Shown: piece by piece, positions 54,626 through 62,568 of the stretch
Layout: the number at the start of each line of letters is the position of its first letter
How positions within the stretch are numbered: the first letter of the stretch is position 1
From: a phage
Length of the DNA: 64,000 bases
Assembly (NCBI GenBank): GCA_012401045.1
Contig: GCA_012401045.1_4704.1
Strand: one strand, 5' to 3'
Position numbers and translations under genes: made by a program
The notes under the pieces: model-generated
What the model was told of the DNA's origin: nothing
What the model saw: only the letters and a program-made list of their open reading frames with translations
Databases searched by the model: none

Positions 54626-56767
54626 ATGGGTATTCTTGTTCAAAACGCCCTAATCACCAAACAAGCGTTTTTATTACCAGGCGATAGCAGCACTCTGAGC
54701 GCCGACATGATTAAAGCGAGACATACACCGTATTCCTACGATAACGTCGATGATACCACCTTAGGTGGGAACTGGGTGCTTAACCCGCCGCCGCAATATA
54801 CAAAATTTGCCGACATCAAAGAACGCCGACGTGCGGTTATGCCGGGATCAACGGGCATGGGTCGAGGCTATAGTGAAAGCATTAACAGCTTTAAAGAGGT
54901 CGTTACATTACGATTCGGTAAACCTCGCTTTACAGGCGCAAGTATCTTCTTTACTGATTTCTACGATGCGGATGTTGCCGTAACGGTTAAAACCGGTCGC
55001 GATCCCGGTATTCTTTATTACGCAGCCAAAGCGTATACCACCGTTCTTTCTTACCTCACACCTCTACCCTACTTGTATATGGTTGGACGTATCGGTCGAT
55101 ATTTCCTGGGTAAGCCTACCAGTCAATATTACTATCAAGTACCAACCATGCACGTGTATTGGGCGTCTTTCCAAACACTGGTAAACCAAACAGCGATAAA
55201 CATGGGTCTTATCGCCGGTGCCGGTAAAGATAAAGGCTATGTGGAAGAAGGGGGTACCGTACTCCACCAATATTCAATCGGTGGTCAGAACGTTGAAGAA
55301 TTCATCAACTACGCCTCTAAGACGCTACCGGGGATTTATAAGAAAGGTGGTGGGATCGATATCTACCAGATCGCAACACGACGTCAGCGCATACAGAACG
55401 CATGGGTACGTCGTATTCAATCCATGATGGAAAACGATTACTCGTCTTACGAGGAGTTCTGGAACGATCTTGATAAACGACTTGATAGCGGAGCATTTCC
55501 ATCGGATGTAACCGGCCGTACGTTAACGCAGTATCTCGCCGACACGCAGAAGTCTGCTGTTTACAGTGCGACAGCTGGTGATAATAAACAAACGATGGAC
55601 GACCTTTTATTCGGAAGGGCCTCATACACCAACAAGGACGCTGATGCCAACTTCAATGTCTCTGCAGTCACCTCCGACGGCGGTACGTCAACACAAAGTC
55701 AGGGTACAACAGCCAATGTCGGTAATTCGACATCAGGGACAACGCAAGCTTCAACAGCAGCATCGACGGCTGGAGGTGCGAACGTACAGAGCAAAGGAAT
55801 CGGGCAAACGAACGCAGCCGAAGAAGCTACATTTCTTGATCTGATGGATGCTGAACTGGCTGACGGTGCCCAGTTTATCAGTTTTCGAGTCGATTCTGTC
55901 ACCAGTGTAACCGAAACGTTTTCAAACAGCGCTTCAGAAAGTTCTATTGCACAGACGATGAATAGCCGTGCACAAGCGAACATCGAACGTCGTTTCACCC
56001 TTTCCGGTGGTAATACAGGTTGGGCTGTACTAGACGAAGCAATCAAAGCCGGTTCCGATCTCGTCAACGGTGCTATTTCCGGGATGGGTCTGGATGGTAT
56101 TTTTGGGGCCTTCATGGGTTCCGGCTTCGCTGACATTCCGAAATTCTATTCTGGATCGTCAGTAAGTCTACCGCGCGCCGATCTGACGATGGAATTGCGT
56201 TCCTGGAGTGGGGATCGTTGGTCGATCTTTACGAACCTCATGGTGCCTCTTTTAGCTATCCTTGCAGGTGGTTTACCTCAGGCTACCGGTAAATCGTCCT
56301 ACGGGATGCCGTTCATGTGTGAATGTTATATCCCTGGTAAAGTCCAGATTAAAATGGGTCTTATCGACAACATCACTGTGACGCGTCACGTTGGAAACGT
56401 GCCATCAACACGTGAGCGGTTACCGTTGGGTATCGATGTCAGCTTCAGCGTTTATGACCTGTCGTCCATCGTCGCCATGCCGATCACAACGACGGCCGCA
56501 TCGATCGCAAAATTGGATCCTCGTGGCTTCTTAAGTGATCTTCTTGCTGACGATACCCCACTCAACAACTATCTTGCTGTATTATCAGCATTGACGCTTA
56601 CGGAACAAGTTTACATGATTCCTGATTTAAGTCGTCGCATGCATAAAACCATGGCTGATATCGATAGTTTCTGGAGCAAAGGTAATTTTGCTAGCTGGTT
56701 GTCTGACACCATGCCTGGCAGGATAGCATCAGGGCTGTTATGGAAACGTACAGAACGTCCGTTCTGA
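54626..56767 (+). CDS. putative virion protein (713 aa)
   Basis: Follows the giant protein after a leaky-looking hairpin. Central Ser/Thr/Ala/Gly-rich linker. Function inferred from context only. Confidence 0.45.
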   Translation: MGILVQNALITKQAFLLPGDSSTLSADMIKARHTPYSYDNVDDTTLGGNWVLNPPPQYTKFADIKERRRAVMPGSTGMGRGYSESINSFKEVVTLRFGKPRFTGASIFFTDFYDADVAVTVKTGRDPGILYYAAKAYTTVLSYLTPLPYLYMVGRIGRYFLGKPTSQYYYQVPTMHVYWASFQTLVNQTAINMGLIAGAGKDKGYVEEGGTVLHQYSIGGQNVEEFINYASKTLPGIYKKGGGIDIYQIATRRQRIQNAWVRRIQSMMENDYSSYEEFWNDLDKRLDSGAFPSDVTGRTLTQYLADTQKSAVYSATAGDNKQTMDDLLFGRASYTNKDADANFNVSAVTSDGGTSTQSQGTTANVGNSTSGTTQASTAASTAGGANVQSKGIGQTNAAEEATFLDLMDAELADGAQFISFRVDSVTSVTETFSNSASESSIAQTMNSRAQANIERRFTLSGGNTGWAVLDEAIKAGSDLVNGAISGMGLDGIFGAFMGSGFADIPKFYSGSSVSLPRADLTMELRSWSGDRWSIFTNLMVPLLAILAGGLPQATGKSSYGMPFMCECYIPGKVQIKMGLIDNITVTRHVGNVPSTRERLPLGIDVSFSVYDLSSIVAMPITTTAASIAKLDPRGFLSDLLADDTPLNNYLAVLSALTLTEQVYMIPDLSRRMHKTMADIDSFWSKGNFASWLSDTMPGRIASGLLWKRTERPF

Positions 56768-56780
56768 TATTCACCGCATA

Positions 56781-56818
56781 AACCCCTCTCCCTTCCCTGA
56801 TGGGTTGGGAGAGGGGTT
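56781..56818. terminator. bidirectional stem-loop between convergent genes
   Basis: 12-bp AACCCCTCTCCC / GGGAGAGGGGTT stem with an inner CCC-TGAT-GGG stem. Confidence 0.65.
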
Positions 56819-56821
56819 ATG

Positions 56822-57889
56822 TTAACCCAACGTCACCGTCGGTAAATCAGGATAAAGTTTCTTCAAGCCTGCCATCGTGGTGGCAGTTGTATAATTCTTA
56901 CCCATCGCAGCAAGAGATGCGTATTTCCTACTGCGGGAGAAAAGAGAATAGAACCCACTGGATGTTTCCATCCACATCGTGAGGAGTTCTGCATCATTAC
57001 CGTGATAGTTCGTTTTACTCCATCCTGGTTTAAACGCATCAGCAAAATCAATTAAACGCGATGCTTCAGCGTCGTATTCTTTAAGGGTAATATACGATGG
57101 GATACGGTAGTTACGAAACAATAACGTAATGAGTTCAGGGACAACGCTACGGGCACGTTCAGCAGTAATAAGTTCGGTGATAACGGCAGCTGTACGGAAA
57201 TCGCCGTTAAGGCCAACGCTGCTTAACGATTCCGCTAAAGTGGTTGCCATCGCCACTTTATCCTCCGCTGATCCAGAGTCATACAGACTACGTACGTCGA
57301 TATAGTTGCCCGCTAATGCGGCTTGACGAATCAACGATGTGACAACCGTCCGGTTCGTCTTATAGTCGTTGTAGCTGAATTCGGTTCGCGTTTTCCCTTG
57401 ATCGTCGAGATACCGATCAACAATCGTCGACAGTTTATAATACTCGTCGCCAGACATCAGACTATCGAGAAGCTTAACGTTTCCATCTTTATCAATAAGC
57501 TTCCCTAACGCACCATTGGATTGCTGGTTAATGGTACTGTAAATCTGGTCTTTTACTTGCGATAGAATGTTATCGGTTGACGATATATTCAGGCCAGTAA
57601 CATCTTTGATCTTATTCATCAACGCGTTTTCATTCAGGGAGATTTTGCCTCCGCTGATATCGATGAAAGAATTAAGATCGCTTATGGAAATCAGGTTTCC
57701 TGTTAACGCCGATAATGTACTATTGATACTGTTCGTAATACTGCTGCGAAAACTGGTTAACGCATCCGCCGCTGAAACAGCGGTACCGCTAACCGCTTTA
57801 AGGAGCGTATCACGCCCTGTCGAAAAATCGCTGGTGATGGTTTTGATCTTGGACGTATCTATACTCGGCAGTTTGTCGTAAAGACTCAT
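56822..57889 (-). CDS. hypothetical protein (355 aa)
   Basis: Start moved to the ATG at 57889 (MSLYDKLPS...), 6 nt after an AGGAGG RBS. The tracked start lies in the terminator/promoter region. Confidence 0.6.
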   Translation of the reverse strand: MSLYDKLPSIDTSKIKTITSDFSTGRDTLLKAVSGTAVSAADALTSFRSSITNSINSTLSALTGNLISISDLNSFIDISGGKISLNENALMNKIKDVTGLNISSTDNILSQVKDQIYSTINQQSNGALGKLIDKDGNVKLLDSLMSGDEYYKLSTIVDRYLDDQGKTRTEFSYNDYKTNRTVVTSLIRQAALAGNYIDVRSLYDSGSAEDKVAMATTLAESLSSVGLNGDFRTAAVITELITAERARSVVPELITLLFRNYRIPSYITLKEYDAEASRLIDFADAFKPGWSKTNYHGNDAELLTMWMETSSGFYSLFSRSRKYASLAAMGKNYTTATTMAGLKKLYPDLPTVTLG

Positions 57890-57918
57890 CACGTCCTCCT
57901 GAAAAAGAAAAAAGAAAT

Positions 57919-57928
57919 ACGGCATAAA
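57919..57928 (-). promoter_or_regulatory. TTTATGCCGT motif, abutting a terminator hairpin
   Basis: Minus strand reads GGTAGGCTTTATGCCGTATTTC. It lies 30 nt upstream of the start at 57889. Confidence 0.45.
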
Positions 57929-57955
57929 GCCTACCCACACAATGGTGGGTAGGCT
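57928..57955 (-). terminator. intrinsic terminator
   Basis: 11-bp AGCCTACCCAC / GTGGGTAGGCT stem followed by TTTATGCCGTATTTCTTTTTT on the minus strand. Confidence 0.7.
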
Positions 57956-57971
57956 AAGATCAACATCGATG

Positions 57972-58484
57972 TTAAACTTCTTCGTTTTCTGAACCTAATG
58001 ATTCAGCATCTGGATCGTCAACAGGAATGGTTGCATCAAAATACCGTTTCGTATGCGTGGTTGTATATCCTACGCTATCTGTGATGGAAATCGTAAACGT
58101 GACTTCCCTTGCACGGATTAAGCGTAGTTTATTCATGAAGTTACGGAACGGCATCGATCCCCGATTCAACTCCTTAATGACGTTTCCCCGAATACTGGAA
58201 ATGTCTTTATTCGTTTTATCAGGGTGTCGTTTCTTCACATCACGCATATGTCGGGTAATATACGAATTGAGCTGATTTGCGCCGATCCCTCTCTCCGTAT
58301 AAATCTGCAACAGGAACTCCGTAAGGAAATCCTGTCTACCCGTAGGCGTCCAGAAATTGTTACCGTGATTGTAGTTAGTCGCTCGTCCTCGATTGCTTTG
58401 AGGATTTTCATCATCGCTTTCATCACGACGCTTAAGCGGATTAATGCGTGCGCGGAAAGAGACTTCATTATATTTATTTGTCAT
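57972..58484 (-). CDS. hypothetical basic protein (170 aa)
   Basis: Start moved to the ATG at 58484 (MTNKYNEV...), which forms an ATGA overlap with the upstream stop. Confidence 0.55.
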   Translation of the reverse strand: MTNKYNEVSFRARINPLKRRDESDDENPQSNRGRATNYNHGNNFWTPTGRQDFLTEFLLQIYTERGIGANQLNSYITRHMRDVKKRHPDKTNKDISSIRGNVIKELNRGSMPFRNFMNKLRLIRAREVTFTISITDSVGYTTTHTKRYFDATIPVDDPDAESLGSENEEV

Positions 58485-58996
58485 AATACACCAGTGTACT
58501 GACTGAGTGCGAAGGTTAGGAGTTCGCAACAGTCTCTCGCTAGTTTCCTTGTTTTGCGTAATCCATAAGCCGCATCCAAATCGTCACGTTCCGCCAGCGC
58601 GTCTAACCACGTCGCAAGTATGCGTCCATACTCGATAACGTCACGCATGAGAACGTCGAACCGGATAACACGACCATCGGCATCAGCAAGCCAACGATTG
58701 AACGTGATTTGTGGTGCTAGTATTGCATATGTTCTCTCCTCTAATGCGATTATGTTTATGTTGCCTTCGTTATCGAACGCTTGATGCCAACGGCGAAGGT
58801 CAAGCATCAACGACTCAGCGTCCATATACCACAACGGTAAATACGTTTTACGTGCAACGCGTATATCGTAGATGTTGTGAACCCAGGACGTTGTTTTGTA
58901 AAGCAACAAGAGTTCGTTTAACCGTTGCCTATCATCTTGAAACGTCTTCCTTTTATAACGTTGGAACGCACGCCTCAAGAAAAAGCGATGTAACAT
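58481..58996 (-). CDS. hypothetical protein (171 aa)
   Basis: First gene downstream of a TATATTACCT motif. Confidence 0.55.
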   Translation of the reverse strand: MLHRFFLRRAFQRYKRKTFQDDRQRLNELLLLYKTTSWVHNIYDIRVARKTYLPLWYMDAESLMLDLRRWHQAFDNEGNINIIALEERTYAILAPQITFNRWLADADGRVIRFDVLMRDVIEYGRILATWLDALAERDDLDAAYGLRKTRKLARDCCELLTFALSQYTGVL

Positions 58997-59077
58997 GGCA
59001 TCACCTATGTATCATTCTTGCAGGCATCAATGAAGCCATCACAAGAAGGTAACGTTATACGTCGCCTTCATGACTGT

Positions 59078-59098
59078 CATCATGAAGGTAATATAGTC
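59078..59098 (-). promoter_or_regulatory. early-type promoter motif
   Basis: Minus strand reads GACTATATTACCTTCATGATG. It lies 92 nt upstream of the start at 58996. Confidence 0.55.
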
Positions 59099-59129
59099 CT
59101 GTTATTTTTTTCAATACGGAGAATGTAAA

Positions 59130-59759
59130 ATGAGCGAATATGGTGTTGCCCCCGTAGATGATGAACCGCAAGAAGCACCTGATAAATTCGAGGTCCGTCT
59201 TGACGAAACCCGTAATATCCGCCAACGATTTATTCAACGCCTTGAAATGCTGTTAGATAGCGAATTCAAAGATTTCGAGCTTAATCCTGGCGCTGATAAC
59301 AAAGCCATCGTCGACGTCGAAAACGTCGACCGAATAGGTAAGCTGTTGTTGAAATCGTTGGGCGATAACGACAAAGTCGACTTAACGTTGAAACGTATCA
59401 GTGCCGACCAGGCCATGAATGACAGCGCACTGAAAACAGCACAAGCCCTAACCGAAACCATGCTGCGCCGCTTAGGTCAGATGGATCAACATCCTCTCGC
59501 AGCAGGGGCTGTTTATGAAGGCGAAGTCGTGAAGCCAGTCACGCCTGAAGAACGTGATCGTCGACTTGGTTTTGCGTCATTGGAAGAGTTCGATAGCAAG
59601 GAGTTCTCACCAGGCGTTCTCATCCAGGGACGTGTCGAAGAAACCAGCGATGCTTTCTATGCTAGAATGGCTCAACTGACGGCGTCGGTTCGTGAGGAGG
59701 TATCTCAGAAGATGGCTGCAGATCATCAGTCTTCGGAGGCGTCACACGAGGAGGAATAA
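59130..59759 (+). CDS. hypothetical acidic protein (209 aa)
   Basis: GGAG RBS. The 3' end overlaps the convergent gene by 98 nt. Confidence 0.55.
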   Translation: MSEYGVAPVDDEPQEAPDKFEVRLDETRNIRQRFIQRLEMLLDSEFKDFELNPGADNKAIVDVENVDRIGKLLLKSLGDNDKVDLTLKRISADQAMNDSALKTAQALTETMLRRLGQMDQHPLAAGAVYEGEVVKPVTPEERDRRLGFASLEEFDSKEFSPGVLIQGRVEETSDAFYARMAQLTASVREEVSQKMAADHQSSEASHEEE

Positions 59760-60450
59760 AATAACTGAACCATTTTATTCCAAAGAACCGCATGAACATC
59801 ACAGGCGCGTTAGAAAGTTCGATTGCTTCGTAAAGTTTGTCATAAGCCAGATCGGAATCAGGGATGGTTTCACTGATTCGTCTGGCTACAACCAATACGT
59901 TACAAATCGGATTGTCTTCTAACAGCATCTGATTGGGGAGGTGCCAGCGTTTGAAATCGTAAAAGAACATCGCATTATACGTCTTACGGATTTCTGACGG
60001 ATGCAGTGTGGCCGGATGACGGTAAATAATCTCAACGCTATCTTGCGCGCCGAGGTATTGCTGGATGCCTTCTTTTAACGCAATTGCAGCATCTCCCACA
60101 AATTCAAACGGGTACGTATTCACATGAACCGAAAAATCCGGTGCGGCAATCCCTGTCAAGCGGTCTTTCATGTAGTCCGCAACCACGTAACATAATCGCC
60201 ACATCAACTCCGTCGGAATACATTTATCAAGAATGGTTTCATCGATATTTGCCAACGCACCCTTAAACTCTTCGTAAGTGTAAGTAACACCCGCCTGCTT
60301 TTCCGGCTCCAGGTTATAGGGTCGGTAATGCCATTTCTTCCCCCACTTTCTGATAGCCTCAGGATCCAACGTTGTTGCTACCGCCATTTCGATATCAAGC
60401 AGCGCCTCGAGTTCTACGTACACCGTCACTAACGCCGCATTTCCAGTCAT
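59662..60450 (-). CDS. hypothetical protein (262 aa)
   Basis: Complete ORF. The Pro-rich last ~35 aa run through an AT-rich hairpin and the convergent gene. Confidence 0.5.
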   Translation of the reverse strand: MTGNAALVTVYVELEALLDIEMAVATTLDPEAIRKWGKKWHYRPYNLEPEKQAGVTYTYEEFKGALANIDETILDKCIPTELMWRLCYVVADYMKDRLTGIAAPDFSVHVNTYPFEFVGDAAIALKEGIQQYLGAQDSVEIIYRHPATLHPSEIRKTYNAMFFYDFKRWHLPNQMLLEDNPICNVLVVARRISETIPDSDLAYDKLYEAIELSNAPVMFMRFFGIKWFSYFIPPRVTPPKTDDLQPSSEIPPHEPTPSVEPF

Positions 60451-61154
60451 CGTTGCTCTCCAGCTTCACCGGTTAACATCTGCATATCGGGAGACGTTTT
60501 AATTTTCTTCTCGTACTCTTTTGTTTGTTTGAATACCAACTCACCGATTTCTTCCAATTCTTCAACGGTGACGGTATGCAAATAAAGCAACGGAATAATC
60601 CAGGTATTCGCACGAAGCATATCCCGAATATCATCAACGGTGGGTAATTCCGTAAAGAACTGTTCGTCTACCGCGAATAAATCCCGGGCGATACCATCCA
60701 CCAGTTTATGATTGCTTTCATGGATCCATGCAAAACTTCCAGCAAGATGATCGATAAGCATATCGATGTCATCGACCGTTGAGAACACTGTACGCCGAAC
60801 GTGCGTTGTGAGGTCCATCGTAAAACCCATTAACGAAGGGGTTTCCTCAGAACGGAGTTCACGCCAAAGACGGATCATGTTTTCAGGGATAAACAAATCA
60901 TGGATGAACGTCACACTGAATTTCGTAACCCAGTCACGAATTGTTGCACCTTTGGAATATTGTTGCGGTGGGGAATACAAATACACCCAACGTTTTGTGT
61001 ACGCGATAACTTCCTTTCGCATCGCCGCATCTAAAACAAGCACGTAACGATCGGAAGCAAGCTCTTCTAATAAAAGCTCGAACGCAGTATCACTCTCTGG
61101 GGAGAACGATCGTTTTATTTCTGCGATACGTCGTGATAACCGACCACGTAACAT
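60447..61154 (-). CDS. hypothetical protein (235 aa)
   Basis: Complete ORF with a 4-nt overlap with the downstream gene. Confidence 0.55.
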   Translation of the reverse strand: MLRGRLSRRIAEIKRSFSPESDTAFELLLEELASDRYVLVLDAAMRKEVIAYTKRWVYLYSPPQQYSKGATIRDWVTKFSVTFIHDLFIPENMIRLWRELRSEETPSLMGFTMDLTTHVRRTVFSTVDDIDMLIDHLAGSFAWIHESNHKLVDGIARDLFAVDEQFFTELPTVDDIRDMLRANTWIIPLLYLHTVTVEELEEIGELVFKQTKEYEKKIKTSPDMQMLTGEAGEQR

Positions 61155-61156
61155 AA

Positions 61157-61831
61157 TTAGCCCTCATCAAGGTTATTCTGGAGATGCATCGCGGTGAGGA
61201 TAACGCCAACCGCCGAAACCGATTTTGCCTTGCTGTCTTCAGGGAGCTGCTCCAAGCTTACGGTACCTGTTTCTAACAGCATGCGGTTCATTGCGTTGAA
61301 CTTCTTATCGTCACCACCACGAGCCTGCATCAGCTCTCGGTTCACGTTCGGCATCGACCGTCCTAACGTCGCTTGCATTTCCGGCTGGCTCCAAGTGGAA
61401 CCTTTACTATCACCCGTCGGCTGATTGGTGAGCTGGTCCTTGGTGTTGTTGTTTTTCGGAATCGAAATTTTAGCACTCAACGTTTCGGCTTGTCGGCGGT
61501 TTGGAATCAGGTACAATCTGGTTGGGCGGTCACGAAGCACCAATTGCCCTGTTTTCTGGTCGGTGAGATAAATGCGTTGGAAGAAAGGGAAACCGTATTT
61601 CTTACCGACTTCCAACGCACGTTTTATCGTCACCTCGTTTTTGTTCATGTTGGGTACCCAGATGGGTAGAATCTCTTTCTTATCCCGACATAAACGCATA
61701 TAGGCATCAAACGTCTCATCATCGATTTCAGCAAAACGTTTTTTGTAAATAGCGTAAGTCGGGCTCGATTCACCCACCAGGTCTTTGATATACCCAAGAA
61801 TGAATTTTTCTGCTGCAGCGCGGTTGGACAT
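61157..61831 (-). CDS. RNA polymerase beta subunit, C-terminal fragment (224 aa; phiKZ gp123- or gp149-like)
   Basis: [57 protein letters not shown] aligns by eye to E. coli beta [75 protein letters not shown] matches [38 protein letters not shown] matches EMLTVKSDDVNGRTKM. Confidence 0.7.
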   Translation of the reverse strand: [224 protein letters not shown]

Positions 61832-61840
61832 AAACGTCTC

Positions 61841-62182
61841 CTATTGTCGTGTCTGTTGCGGAAATACCCGAAACACCTGGACAATGATGTTCTTGTCCTC
61901 GCGGTTGGCGATGTCGATCATGTGTTTTGTTCCAGGACTTTTGAAATCCCAGAACGCAATTAAATGCGTAATGACATCGCCCATCCACTCATTGCGTCTG
62001 AATCCAGCACCTTTACGATAAGGACCATCCCAATCGGCAGGAAACGTGGTGTATTTAAACCCGTAATCCTTCGCGTAGCGGCGCACATGCAAATCAGCGC
62101 CTGAATGCGCACCGCCAGCAATGAGATGAACTTTGTCGTGAGGAAGGTTGTGTAACATCTGGTTCATACGCTTTTCGAACAA
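61841..62182 (-). CDS. DUF2493/SLOG-family protein (homology extends upstream to ~62227 without a start codon)
   Basis: LIAGGAHSGADL...FPADWDGPYRKGAGFRRNEWM matches the DUF2493 pattern (hGGAxGAD...FPADW..G..AG..RN..M). The first strand, RVGVSGSRYW, is encoded upstream of the only start candidate (TTG 62182). Confidence 0.55.
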   Translation of the reverse strand: MFEKRMNQMLHNLPHDKVHLIAGGAHSGADLHVRRYAKDYGFKYTTFPADWDGPYRKGAGFRRNEWMGDVITHLIAFWDFKSPGTKHMIDIANREDKNIIVQVFRVFPQQTRQ

Positions 62183-62235
62183 GGGATAATCATCCCAGTA
62201 GCGTGATCCCGATACCCCTACACGATAGGGTTCGC

Positions 62236-62556
62236 TTATCTTCCACCGCGCAATGACTTTACGTTGCGTGCGATAAAGGGTGCAACGTAATCACGGAAAT
62301 TATGGATCCATCCTTTAATGGGTTGGTTGTCTAGTAAGCACTCACGTACCGAAAACGTACTTACTTCTAATACACCAAACTGTAGTCGCCAATAGCGATT
62401 GATTTCAGCTTGGGTATGTTCTAATGTCATGTACTCAGGAACACGAGCCAATAGGTCGTGTTTAAATTGCTCAGCAATCGCTGGTTGATGTGACGCAATT
62501 GTCTGCGTGATAACATCAATCAGTTCATGTGCATGCTTGATAGCAGGTGCGGTCAT
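62236..62556 (-). CDS. hypothetical protein (106 aa)
   Basis: Complete ORF. Its 3' end overlaps the start-less N-terminal coding region of the DUF2493 homologue, which is in the -1 frame. Confidence 0.55.
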   Translation of the reverse strand: MTAPAIKHAHELIDVITQTIASHQPAIAEQFKHDLLARVPEYMTLEHTQAEINRYWRLQFGVLEVSTFSVRECLLDNQPIKGWIHNFRDYVAPFIARNVKSLRGGR

Positions 62557-62568
62557 TTATTTAGCCTT

